Source of the DNA: Macrostomum lignano
Taxonomy: Eukaryota
Assembly: GCA_002269645.1 (NCBI GenBank)
Contig: NIVC01003688.1
Location: forward strand, 1 to 64,000
DNA length: 64,000 nucleotides
Reading direction: 5' to 3'
In this document: positions 13,293 to 25,925 of the stretch, piece by piece
Layout: the number at the start of each line of letters is the position of its first letter
Position numbering within the stretch: position 1 is the stretch's first letter
Notes under the pieces: model-generated
Told to the model about the DNA's origin: nothing
What the model saw: only the letters and a program-made list of their open reading frames with translations
The model's database searches: none
Made by a program: the position numbers and the translations under genes

Positions 13293-14054
13293 GCTATACG
13301 GTACATGTATGAGTATATGCAAACTGTCGACTGAATTGCGAATTTGAGAAATATGAAATGGTGTAACCACAGTTATAATGGCAAAGTACTTTTATTTCAG
13401 TACAGATTCAGCGCAAGCTTCACAGTACGTGATCGAGTTACAGTTTGTAATTTTTTTCAAATTCATACGTGTACATTTCTAGCTGTTTAAACAAGCAGGC
13501 CGGCTAATATACAAATTTACATGTGACTGCATCAATTTTTGAGCGAGACTCTAGTTTATGGAGCATAAATTCGTATACATGTACATGTACATGTTTATGC
13601 TACTTGAATAAAATCTTATAGCACGTACCGCATATCATCACTTCAGGCAATCAAAATCATTCCGCAATTTGATGCTGCAATTATTGATAGGCCGATTTTA
13701 TTCAGCTTGGTTGATCAGATAAATTCAAGCTATTGTGGATACAATTGCAGCTGCATTATGGCTTCATTGTATATATTACAGTGTATATTGGCAACAAATC
13801 AATCAAAAATTTAGTGGCACATCCGGTTTTCGGTAACAGCTGTAGCTATTATATAAGGACGTGGAAATTAAAGCAATTTCATTCGATCACAAAAAACACA
13901 GAAAATTCCAATCATCAGGCCGGTCAGTGGAGTGAAAAAAATTCGAAACATTTTCGGACGATCAAATCGACAAATGAGATTATGAGAAATTGGTCCGTCT
14001 GCTCGCAAAATTATTGCCAATTGTACGTAGAACCATGGACGTAGAATATAGGCA

Positions 14055-15260
14055 AGGAAATTCCTGAACGATGATTCTCTGAATCTGAGTCATGGATATG
14101 AGCAATTCTTGAAGGATGATGCTTTGAATATGAGTCATAGATATGAGCAATTCTTGAATGATGATGCTTTGAATCTGAGTCATAGATATGAGCAATTCCT
14201 CACTAAGATGATTCTTTGAATCTGAGTCATAGATATGAGCAATTCCTCACTAAGATGATTCTTTGAATCTGAGTCATAGATATGAGCAATTCTTGAATGA
14301 TGATGCTTTGAATCTGAGTCATAGATATGAGCAATTCCTCACTAAGATGATTCTTTGAATCTGAGTCATAGATATGAGCAATTCCTCACTAAGATGATTC
14401 TTTGAATCTGAGTCATAGATATGAGCAATTCCTCACTAAGATGATGCTTTGAATCTGAGTCATAGATATGAGCAATTCCTCACTAAGATGATTCTTTGAA
14501 TCTGAGTCATAGATATGAGCAATTCCTGACTAAGATGATTCTTTGAATCTGAGTCATAGACGTTAGCAATTCTTGAAAGATGATGCTTTGAATCTGAGTC
14601 ATAGATATGAGCAATTCCTGACTAAGATGATTCTTTGAATCTGAGTCATAGATATGAGCAATTCCTGAACGATGATTCTTTGAATCTGAGTCATAGATAT
14701 GAGCAATTCCTCACTAAGATGATTCTTTGAATCTAAGTCATGAATATGAGCAATTCCTGACTAAGATGATTCTTTGAATCTGAGTCATGGATATGAGCAA
14801 TTCCTGAACGATGATTATTTAAATCTGAGTCATAGATATGAGCAATTTTTGAATGATGATGCTTTGAATCTGAGTCATGGATATGAGCAATTCCTGAACG
14901 ATGATTCTTTAAATCTGAGTCATAGATATGAGCAATTTTTGAATGATGATGCTTTGAATCTGAGTCATGGATATGAGCAATTCCTGAACGATGATTCTTT
15001 GAATCTGAGTCATAGATATGAGCAATTCCTGACTAAGATGATTCTTTGAATCTGAGTCATAGATATGAGCAATTCCTGACTAAGATGATTCTTTGAATCT
15101 GAGTCATGGATTTGAGCAATTCCTGAACGATGATGCTTTGAATCTGAGTCATGGATATGAGCAATTCCTGAACGATGATGCTTTGAACATGAGTCATGGA
15201 TATGAGCAATTCCTGAACGATGATTTTAGAATCTGAATCAGATATGAGGAATTCCTGGAT
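14055..15260. repeat. 45-47 bp tandem array (TTTGAATCTGAGTCATAGATATGAGCAATTCC...)
   Basis: Direct periodicity, two interspersed unit variants. Confidence 0.95.
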
Positions 15261-15779
15261 GACAATTCTTAGAAAAGAATCTATTCTATTCATGGAATTC
15301 GAGTAAAAGAATTCAGCGCTTCGTAAATGACCGGTTCTTTAGAAAGTGAGTTATAAAATTGTGTCATTCCTTAATTGTTAAAAGCTTTTCAAAAGAAAAT
15401 GTATGGTAGAAACTGCGATGTCTAGACAGCTTTTTATCAACACCTCATTTGAGACGGGATTGCTCTTCCATACCCCGCGCATCACCCAGATTGTACTCCC
15501 TGACATGCCTCCCTCCCTCCTTCCTGACTGATATATAGACCCTAGCCCAGGCCCGTGAGCACGTGACTGTATCCAAATAAAGCTGTTTTCAATTAACAAA
15601 ATGCCTTGCACGCGATGGAATAAAAATAGCCTATTTACTCGTATACATGTAGCTACAGCTGTTTAAAAAATAGTTAAAACAAAAACACGCCTCCGGAATT
15701 GGGTTGAATTTGAGAAGCCCACATCCTACTGCAGTGGTTTGCTGTGCAGTCGAAGCTGCCCCTTAGCCCGCGGATTAAA

Positions 15780-16137
15780 TGTCAGACATGCCGATTCGGG
15801 TGTCAGACAAGCCGATTCAGGTGTCAGACATTTCAATTCGGGTGTCAAACATGCTGATTCGGGTGTCAGACAAGCCGATTCAGGTGTCAGACATTTCAAT
15901 TCGGGTGTCAAACATGCTGATTCGGGTGTCAGACATGCCGATTCGGGTGTCAGACATTTCAATTCGGGTTTCAGACATGCCGATTCGGGTGTCAGACATG
16001 CCGATTCGGGTGTCAGACATGCCGATTCGGGTGTCAGATATGCCGATTCGGGTGTCAGAAATTTCAATTCGGGTGTCAGACATGCCGATTCGGGTGTCAG
16101 ACATGCCGATTCGGGTGTCAGACATGCCGATTCGGAT
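15780..16137. repeat. 21-bp tandem array GTGTCAGACATGCCGATTCGG
   Basis: Direct periodicity. Confidence 0.93.
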
Positions 16138-16755
16138 TTACAGCGGCATCGGGCATTACCTGCATGTGAGTACATGAACAATAAAAATATCTTTGAAGAA
16201 GATTTGAATTGACTGATTTTTATTCTTCATCACTAATTGGACAGACGGAATGAATGAGTCGGAGGTTCGCGTCCGGACCAGAAAGCTGTATCTAAGCGGA
16301 TAAAGGAGTAAATTCCCTTCCTGTATGAATGCTGCAAGCGAACAAAATTGAAAATTTTAACACTAACTTGAGCCTCTAATTTGCTACAAAGCGCATTTTT
16401 CTTCCGATTAACGCACCAAATATGGAAGTTTGCTAAGTTAAAATTGGAACAGTTAAAACGCAATGTGCTGCAGTCTTTGCGCAGCTTTGAGAGTGCAGCA
16501 GCGATCATTACGCTGATTGCAGTGGAAAATCTATATGTACCGGTATGAGCAATGTATTTCCGACTTTGAGGTTGGGTCTGAAATCTCAGAAGATTCTCAT
16601 AGCCCCATTTCATTGATTAAGGTAAAATATCTATGAATGCACTAATGTTCGAAGAGAAAAAGAACCTCTTGGGCTTGTTCTCTGTCAGACAAGAGCCAGT
16701 CAGTCACTCACTTAGACAGGAAAGTCACGTAATTGATAGGCTAGATAGTTACTAA

Positions 16756-16930
16756 GGGTGGGGTTTCACAAACGCGAAACTTCACAACCGCTAAATCACC
16801 TACTTTCACAACCGCGAAACTTCACAACCATTAAAATTTTTGCACTTACTTTCATATACGACAGTCTTTTTAGCGGTTATGAAGTTTCGCGTTTATGAAA
16901 GTAGGTGATTTCGCGTTTGTAAAAGCAACC
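16756..16930. mobile_element. MULE (Mutator)-like MITE, 175 bp
   Basis: Long imperfect TIRs (GG..GGTTTCACAAACGCGAAA / TTTCGCGTTTGTAAAAGCAACC) and 9-bp TSD AGTTACTAA at 16747-16755 and 16931-16939. Confidence 0.8.
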
Positions 16931-17231
16931 AGTTACTAACGCAGGGCTTTTTACTGATTTAAATTCTCGCCAGTCTACAAAAACAAAAAATATCATTGAT
17001 TTAATTTGCAAATGTTTTATAATGCAAATCCATTGTTTTAAATTTTATTTCCGGAAAAGTAATGTTTTAAACCATCGAAATTTTTTTCAGGCAAAACTTC
17101 TGCAATTTCCTGATTAAAAAATCTAACATTTTACTCGTACCCGGCCTCCTGCCTCATTGAAGACTTTCCAGTCTGCAGATTTTAATCGTCTGATTAATCT
17201 GAAGGTCAGGAGGCTCTAAAATTGGGGTTTG

Positions 17232-18555
17232 GACGGAGTGCGGTGGGTGCAAGAGTCGGGTCTGAGCGGAGTGAGGGGGTGCAGGAGTCGGGTCTGAGCG
17301 GAGTGAGGGGGTGCAGGAGTGGAGTCTGCGCGGAGTGAGGGGGGTGCAGGAGTCGGGTCTGAGCGGAGTGAGGGGGTGCAGGAGTGGAGTCTGCGCGGAG
17401 TGAGGGGGGTGCAGGAGTCGGGTCTGAGCGGAGTGAGGTGGGTGCAGGAGTGGGGTCTGAGCGGAGTGAGGTGGGTGCAGGAGTGGGGTCTGAGCGGAGT
17501 GAGGGGGTGCAGGAGTCGGGTCTGAGCGGAGTGAGGGGGTGCAGGAGTGGAGTCTGCGCGGAGTGAGGGGGGTGCAGGAGTGGGGTCTGAGCGGAGTGAG
17601 GTGGGTGCAGGAGTGGGGTCTGAGCGGAGTGAGGTGGGTGCAGGAGTGGGGTCTGAGCGGAGTGAGGGGGTGCAGGAGTCGGGTCTGAGCGGAGTGAGGG
17701 GGTGCAGGAGTGGAGTCTGCGCAAAGTGAGGGGGGTGCAGGAGTGGGGTCTGAGCGGAGTGAGGTGGGTGCAGGAGTGGGGTCTGAGCGGAGTGAGGTAG
17801 GTGCAGGAGTGGAGTCTGAGTGGAGTGAGGGGGTGCAGGAGTGGAGTCTGAGCGGAGTGAGGTGGGTGCAGGAGTGGAGTCTGAGTGGAGTGAGGTGGGT
17901 GCAGGAGTGGAGTCTGAGTGGAGTGAGGTGGGTGCAGGAGTGGAGTCTGAGCGGAGTGAGGTGGGTGCAGGAGTGAGGTCTGAGCGGAGTGAGGTGGGTG
18001 CAGGAGTGGGGTCTGTGCGGAGTGAGGTGGGTGCAGGAGTGGAGTCTGAGTGGAGTGAGGGGGTGCAGGAGTGGAGTCTGAGTGGAGTGAGGTGGGTGCA
18101 GGAGTGGGGTCTGAGCGGAGTGAGGTGGGTGCAGGAGTGAGGTCTGAGCGGAGTGAGGTGGGTGCAGGAGTGGAGTCTGAGTGGAGTGAGGGGGTGCAGG
18201 AGTGGAGTCTGAGTGGAGTGAGGTGGGTGCAGGAGTGGAGTCTGAGCGGAGTGAGGTGGGTGCAGGAGTGAGGTCTGAGCGGAGTGAGGTGGGTGCAGGA
18301 GTGGAGTCTGAGTGGAGTGAGGTGGGTGCAGGAGTGGAGTCTGAGCGGAGTGAGGTGGGTGCAGGAGTGAGGTCTGAGCGGAGTGAGGTGGGTGCAGGAG
18401 TGGGGTCTGAGCGGAGTGAGGTGGGTGCAGGAGTGGAGTCTGAGTGGAGTGAGGGGGTGCAGGAGTGGAGTCTGAGCGGAGTGAGGTGGGTGCAGGAGTG
18501 AGGTCTGAGCGGAGTGAGGTGGGTGCAGGAGTGGGGTCTAGCTGGAGTGAGGCTC
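17232..18555. repeat. 32-33 bp G-rich array GGGTGCAGGAGTGGGGTCTGAGCGGAGTGAGGT
   Basis: Direct periodicity. Confidence 0.95.
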
Positions 18556-19294
18556 AGCTTTATGGCTTTAAATCATAAAATGTTTGTAGTGCAAATATTT
18601 TTCTCCAAATAAACAAAAAACTTACTGTAAATAAAATTGAGTTTGTAAAGAAAAGATTAGCACTTTGATTTTTATGATTTCAAGCTAATCCCAAAGCGAA
18701 GAAGAGGTCAAAATCATAGACAGCGAGGAAAAATAGCACATGGCAATAAATCAAACTGTTTCAATGTGCTACGAGTGTAATTAAAGAAGGCGACAGTTTC
18801 TCAATGCAGCCATCCCGCTGATGAAGTGTCACTAGCTATCGGACGCGCGTACAACTAACGATGAGGCAGCCCGCTCTCTGTTTATGCCGGCGTGTTTCTC
18901 ATATGTCTCTTACTTCTATTTTCTCCACTTCAGTGACAAGTGCACGAAATTTAGGCAACTGCGCACAGTGAGAAAAAGCCCCAATACCCAGCTGAGATGG
19001 CGTGGCTATGGGTAGAGCGCCATCTGTTGCCGGTAGAAACAAGCCAATTCCTATCCCATCTTTCGCTGCCTCTGTTAATTTTCTGCTTTTATGTCTGTGC
19101 ACTTTTGTCCAGCTTTTACTTCTCCTCTGAAGCTGCTGACAGATTGACAAGTTTGGCGGGGCACTGCAGGATGTGGCGAGAGATTCTTAATGGAGCAGAA
19201 AGATTTAGAATCTTTCTCTCAAGTTTTTGGTAGTTTGGGGGCATTTCTCAGGGGCTTTTGTTTGATTTTACTGATGGCCTTACCATCTCTAGGG

Positions 19295-20580
19295 GCATAG
19301 GAGAGGGGAGGCAGAGAGGGTGGCAGAGGAGAGGGCAGGGCAGAGGAGAGGGCAGGCCAGAGGGGAGGGGAGGGCAGAGGGAGGGGAGGGCAGAGGAGAG
19401 GGGAGGGCAGAGGAGAGGGGAGGGCAGAGGAGAGGGGAGGGCAGAGGGGAGGGCAGAGGGGAGGGCAGAGGGGATGGGAGGGCAGAGGGCAGGGCAGAGG
19501 AGAGGGGAGGGCAGAGAGGAGGGGAGGGCAGAGAGGAGGGGAGGGCAGAGGGGAGGGGAGGGCAGAGGGCAGGGCAGAGGAGAGGGGAGGGCAGAGAGGA
19601 GGGGAGGGCAGAGGGAGGGGAGGGCAGAGAGGAGGGGAGGGCAGAGAGGAGGGGAGGGCAGAGGGCAGGGCAGAGGAGAGGGGAGGGCAGAGAGGAGGGG
19701 AGGGCAGAGGGCAGGGCAGAGGAGAGGGGAGGGCAGAGAGGAGGGGAGGGCAGAGGGCAGGGCAGAGGAGAGGGGAGGGCAGAGAGGAGGGTAGGGCAGA
19801 AGGGAGGGGAGGGCAGAGAGGAGGGGAGGGCAGAGAGGAGGGGAGGGCAGAGAGGAGGGGAGGGCAGAGAGGAGGGGAGGGCAGAGAGGAGGGGAGGGCA
19901 GAGAGGAGGGGAGGGCAGAGGGTAGGGGAGGCAGAGAGGAGGAGAGGGCAGAGGGGAGGGGAGGGCAGAGAGGAGGGGAGGGCAGAGAGGAGGGGAGGGC
20001 AGAGGGTAGGGGAGGGCAGAGAGGAGGGGAGGGCAGAGAGGAGGGGAGGGCAGAGAGGAGGGGAGGGCAGAGAGGAGGGGAGGGCAGAGAGGAGGGGAGG
20101 GCAGAGAGGAGGGGAGGGCAGAGAGGAGGGGAGGGCAGAGAGGAGGGGAGGGCAGAGAGGAGGGGAGGGCAGAGAGGAGGGGAGGGCAGAGGGGAGGGAG
20201 GGCAGAGAGGAGGGAGGGCAGAGGGGAGGGCAGAGGGGAGGGCAGAGGGGAGGGAAGAGAGGAGGGGAGGGCAGAGGGGAGGGCAGAGGGAGGGCAGAGG
20301 GAGGGCAGAGAGGAGGGGAGGGCAGAGAGGAGGGGAGGGCAGAGGGGAGGGCAGAGGGGAGGGCAGAGGGGAGGGGAGGGCAGAGAGGAGGGGAGGGCAG
20401 AGGGGAGGGCAGAGGGAGGGCAGAGGGGAGGGGAGGGCAGAGAGGAGGGAGGGCAGAGGGGAGGGCAGAGGGGAGGGCAGAGGGAGGGGAGGGCAGAGAG
20501 GAGGGAGGGCAGAGGGGAGGGCAGAGGGGAGGGCAGAGGGGAGGGCAGAGGGGAGGGGAGGGCAGAGAGGAGGGGAGGCG
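19295..20580. repeat. Polypurine array (GGGGAGGGCAGAGAGGA and shorter variants)
   Basis: Almost purely A/G on the plus strand for 1.3 kb. Confidence 0.95.
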
Positions 20581-21112
20581 CTGAACTGTTGCGGACGAAA
20601 GCAGAGACAGCAAGGTCAGCTTCAGAATAATTCGAGTTTCCAGCGCTGTTGCCACGGACACAGCCAGCCAGAAATAAACATCAACCCCCGCCCTTAGGCT
20701 AAGCTGATCGCCCAGTAGCCTGTCATGAAGCCTGTCATGAGCGCATCCGGTTCATTCATCCTTGACCTGTCTGTCTGGTCCATCTTTTAATATTTGCAGA
20801 GTGGTATAAAAGTTATACACAGCGAATACGGTTAACTATATAATGCTCAAGTCTCTCGTGCACTCTTGAAGATATTTTGAAGCAATGTTGTAAGTGGTAG
20901 CGCTTTCATTGCGCATTCAAAATTTTTATCAGTTAAGCAATTTTCATATTTATAAAGTAGCAGTTTATTATTGAAAAGGAATCTATAGTCATTCTATTGA
21001 GTTGATAATGAGTATACTCTCCATTGAATGCATGCAAATTAACAATATAGCCCTGACAATAGTGAGTGATAATAAAAAAATCTTCTTCTTAGCTTTAAAC
21101 TTGCAAGGTCAA

Positions 21113-21800
21113 ATTGGGAATCACGTGACTGGTTAATCAAGTAACAAATGGGAATCACGTGACTGCAATTCAATCGACAAATGGGAATCACGTGACTAGT
21201 TATTCAAGTAACAAATGCAACTCACGTGACTGCAATTCAATCGACAAATGGGAATCACGTGACTGGTCAATCAAGTAACAAATGGGAATCACGTGACTGC
21301 AATTCAATCGACAGATGGGAATCAGTGACTGGTTAATCAAGTAACAAATGGGAATCACGTGACTGCAATTCAATCGACAAATGGGAATAACGTGACTAGT
21401 TATTCAAGTAACAAATGCAAATCACGTGACTAGTTATTCAAGTAACAAATGCAAATCACGTGACTAGTTATTCAAGTAACAAATGCGAATCACGTGACTG
21501 CAATTCAATCGACAAATGGGAATCACGTGACTAGTTATTCAAGTAACAAATGGGAATCACGTGACTGCAATTCAATCGACAAATGGAATCACGTGACTGG
21601 TCAATCAAGTAACAAATGGGAATCACGTGACTGCAATTCAATCGACAGATGGGAATCAGTGACTGGTTAATCAAGTAACAAATGGGAATCACGTGACTAC
21701 AATTCAATCGACAACCAGGAATCACGTGACTGGTAATTTAATCGATAACCGTAAATCACGTGACTACTAAATCAACCGACAACCGGGAGTCACGTGACTG
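21113..21800. repeat. 33-34 bp array with palindromic TCACGTGA core, about 18 intact cores
   Basis: Units such as AATGGGAATCACGTGACTGCAATTCAATCGACA. Confidence 0.92.
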
Positions 21801-22329
21801 GAATTGAAGCCACTTAGCAAAAAATTATCAATCCTCGTATTTATGATTTATTATTTCAGAGTTGTTTAACAAACATAATCAGTCACGAAACCTGCAAAGC
21901 ACAGAGAAAAATCTTTCGTTCCTTAATGAGCAAAGCTTTCTGAATCAGCGCCAGCCCATCGAGAAAATGCAAAACTACTATAACTAAAATGACAAGATAA
22001 TGAGTTTTTATGATTTCAATTTCACGATGCATAAAGTTGAAATACAGTTGAAATACAGTCTGTTTAAGTCTAAGCAATACGGGGTTTATAATTAAGTACT
22101 AAAAGGACTCATTGTTTCACAAGACAAAAATGAATTTTAATTTTTTACGCTCAAAATTTGACTAATAAGCTAGACAATTGATCGACATGAGATTTGCTAT
22201 GGATTCCTCTTTTCAGAGCGGAACTTCAAAGGATAATTAACCGTGTAACTTGAATGCAATGACGGGCGCTGCACCTCTTTCTAGCTGTAGTTCGACATCC
22301 AATTAGCAATATTTTTAAGAATGGCACAC

Positions 22330-22712
22330 ACTGATGACTGACACACCCACAGCTTCCTGTGACTGACACACCCCACAGCTTCCTGTGACTGACACACCCC
22401 ACAGCTTTCTGCGACTGACACACCCCACAGCTTCCTGTGACTGACACACCCCACAGCTTTCTGCGACTGACACACCCCACAGCTTCCTGTGACCGACACA
22501 CCCCACAGCTTCCTGACCGACACACCCCACAGCTTCCTGATCAACACACCCACAGCTTCCTGACCGACACACCCCACCGCTTCCTGAGCCCGACATATCC
22601 CACAGCTTCCTGTGCCCGATACACCCCACAGCTTCCTGTGCCCGACACACCCCACAGCTTCCTGACCGACACACCCTACAGCTTCCTGACTGACACACCC
22701 CATAGCTTCCTG
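22330..22712. repeat. 22-26 bp array GACACACCCCACAGCTTCCTG(TGACT)
   Basis: Direct periodicity; degenerate units resume at 23245-23340 beyond the LINE fragment. Confidence 0.9.
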
Positions 22713-22765
22713 ACCACCACCACCACCACCAACAACAACAACAGCAACAACAACAACAACAACAG

Positions 22766-22798
<33 letters not shown>

Positions 22799-23255
22799 AG
22801 TACGCAGCCCCGCATACAGCGTCACACTTAGAGCAGGGTGCGTCAGAAAGCGCGCCGCAGAGCCTGAAAGCGGACGAAGTCCGCTCCGCTGTTGGCAGTG
22901 TCGGGCGCCCCAGCGTTGCATACATTTTAGGAGGCAGTCCACGTATCGACGGGTTCGGGCCTGACCCCGCCTGAACGGGCCCTGCAAGGTGAGCAGCAGG
23001 ACGTTCTAAACAGGTTGGGGGCAAGAACACGTGGCCCGCCAGTTGAAGTCGCCGCCGGTGCAGGCTGATGGACGGGTGCTGCAGCTTGGCCGATCGTACA
23101 GGGCCTCGGTCCCGACGCTCTCGTCAGCTCGAAAGGCTGCACGGAGCAGCCCTGAGTGTGAGTCGGCCGGCACAGTCAGCACCTTGGTCATCAGCGTGTT
23201 GACAACCAGACCGACGCTCGATGCCACCTCGACCAGCCTGTCGACACATCCCAGA
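22713..23255 (-). mobile_element. 5'-truncated, internally deleted non-LTR retrotransposon 3' end (RTE-like) with (TTG)n tail
   Basis: Broken peptide ASSVGLVVNTLMTKVLTVPAD / SGLLRAAFRADESVGTEALYDR / RRLQLAGHV / LLTLQGPFRRGQARTRRYVDCL resembles the post-RT C-terminus of RTE-type ORF2. The tail is the CAA run at 22730-22798. Confidence 0.7.
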
Positions 23256-23474
23256 TTCCTGACGGACACACTTCAAATCTACCTGATATACACAAGGTCC
23301 TGACCAACACACCTTGGAATTCCTGACCAACGCATCCTAAAGCTTCTTGAGCAACAAACACACCTTTAGCTTTTAAAAGCAAATCAGAATGAATTTCACA
23401 AAACTACTCAACTAAATCTGCCAGACAAATCGATTCAAATTACTCTTTGATCATTGAGTAAATTCATCGCAACA

Positions 23475-23590
23475 TTAAAGAGTCGCTTCATCTCCGCTGC
23501 CACCGAGAATGGACACAGTCTCGCTTTGACAAAACTCTTCATTGAATTCGGCGGCTAATGGACTCAGAAATTCTCGTTGTTGTTGCACAG

Positions 23591-23627
<37 letters not shown>

Positions 23628-24772
23628 AAGCAGGCGGCGTTGACGTCTGCGCCTCGGTGAGCTGTTAGCAACCTGAGCAGGCGGCACCCTCGACACCAAC
23701 GGCAAGGTGTTGCCATCCAGGTAGCCAGTGAGGGAGTAACTGCCCGAGTTCTGTTGCCGCTCCGACCGGAGGTAGCCTGCGGCCGAGGCCCCGCCCGTCC
23801 GGATGCCGAGCAGCTGCTGGAACGCGCACCGGAACTCTCTCTGATTGAAGCAGTACAGTATGGGATTCAGGCCAGAGTTTAGGTAGCCAATCCAGGTGAT
23901 CAGGTCACGTGCCAGCTGGCCAGGCCGCTGCACTGGCTAGCCGTGAACGGGCAGGCAACGTACATGACAAAGAAGGGCAACCAGCAGACGTAGAAACAGC
24001 CAAGGATCAGGCCGAGCGTCTTCGTGGCTTTGGTCTCGTGCCGGATCTGCCGGCAGGCCAGGCCGCCCTGCTGCGCCCTGATGAGCTCGCACTGGTCGGT
24101 GGCGATCCGGTGCACCCTGGCGTAGGCCAGCGTCATCACCAGCAGCGGCAGGAAGAAAGACGTGCTTGCTGACACCACGGCGTAGGAGCGGTTCACCTCC
24201 ATGCGGCACTGCGGCACCCCGGTGTCTGACGGTTCGGCCGACGCAGCTTCAACTGGTCGCACCAGGCCGGAGAACACCGGGCCGAAGCTCAGACCGATGC
24301 TGACCGTCCAGACCACGCCGACCGAAGCGACAATTCGTCTGGGCTGTACAATCTGGCGATAGCGCAGCGGCTTGTTGACTGCGATGTACCTGTCGAGACT
24401 GATGAGGCACAGGTGCAGGATGCTGGCCGTGCAGCACATGATGTCGCAGGATTGAAAGAATTTGCAGAATAGGTCGCCAAACGGCCAGCACTTCAGGAAC
24501 ACGTAGGCTGTAGACGAGGTCATCACGGTCAGAGCGATAGCAATATCCGCAGTTGCTAAGGACGCCAAGAGATGGAAGCATTTCTGCGAACGCAATCGAC
24601 GAAATATGGCCACGGAGCAGATGACCAGCGAGTTGCCAACCAGGGTCTCAACAATGAGCAGCGTCATGAGCAGCAGGGTCAGCAAGCGAAGCGGCAAGTC
24701 CTGGGAAGTCCATAGGAAAGAGAGGGCGGACTCGGTTGAGGACCCGTTTGAGCAGATCGATAGCGGCGGCAT
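23475..24772 (-). CDS. Intronless class A aminergic GPCR (octopamine/dopamine/adrenergic-like), one frameshift near 23925
   Basis: GN in TM1, LATAD in TM2, CDIMCCTAS (Asp3.32) and DRY in TM3, Ser-rich TM5 (VSASTSFFLP), CWLPFF in TM6. WIGYLNSGLNPILY (TM7) lies in a second frame. The C-tail has a polyQ tract. Confidence 0.92.
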
Positions 24773-25639
24773 CGGCTGTAGCAATTGCTGTGTTGCAGGC
24801 TCGATTTGCAGTCAATCGAAAGCAGAAACCAGCCAGGAGAGAGGATTATTTTCCAGTCTCTCGGATAGGGGATTTGGGAAGCGGACCTCAGTGTCGCTAA
24901 GCTGCGAGCCAAGAAATAGCCGCGGGGGGTTCAATGCTTTCTCTCTGTCCCACTAAACACGAGGGACGGCGACTCAAAAAGGCTTGCCTAGAGGTTCCTC
25001 GCCTCACTGCACTGATCGCACTGTGCTTTAGGGATCTTCTTAGGCGATTTCCCATTGGTTTGTACGGAGAGCTGTTCAAATAGCCGCAGCCAATGATGCT
25101 GGTCAAGCTTCATCGCGCTTGCACAGTTGCTAAGCTCAAATACTCAACTCCGGCCTTCTATACATACAGTGTACGATATTCTGTGGAATGCAACTGATAT
25201 TTCTCTGTCGTTAACAATTTTCATCTAGTTTAAAAAAAATCGAACCACAAGTAATTAATCCATAGACTTTGGCGAAAATACTGGTATACGAGTATACTCG
25301 TATTATCTCATAATCAAGCTGATCCAACAACATACATTTGTTAATGTCAGACAGTCTACCCGAATTGTCAGACAAACTACAGAATTTAAAAACAGTTTTA
25401 CGGAATTCTCAGACTACAAATAATTTTAAAAAATGCCAGGTGTAATTTATCGCGCACGAGCTGTCATTACTTATAAAGATCTGAAGTACCACTGAAGAAA
25501 ATTGCGCTTAGACAAAAATGTAGGAATGACAAGATAGGTCAGAAAAGGAGCCACTTCAGAATTAGACTGTCACCTGATTCAAAAACCTGTAGGACCTGGA
25601 GCTAGTTCATAAGAGTGCATCTGCTCAGTTGCACTGTAT

Positions 25640-25925
<286 letters not shown>

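Noticed and set aside
16233-16613. 126-aa ORF, and the ORFs at 18899-19150 and 13733-14044
   Set aside because: No recognisable motifs and no consistent splice partners.
19219-20661. 480-aa Pro/Ser/Leu-rich ORF and other long repeat ORFs (33046-34047, 41135-42083, 55992-56726, 15726-16212, 62101-62703, 63348-63806)
   Set aside because: They are translations of stop-free tandem repeats, open in several frames and on both strands, and mostly inside introns.
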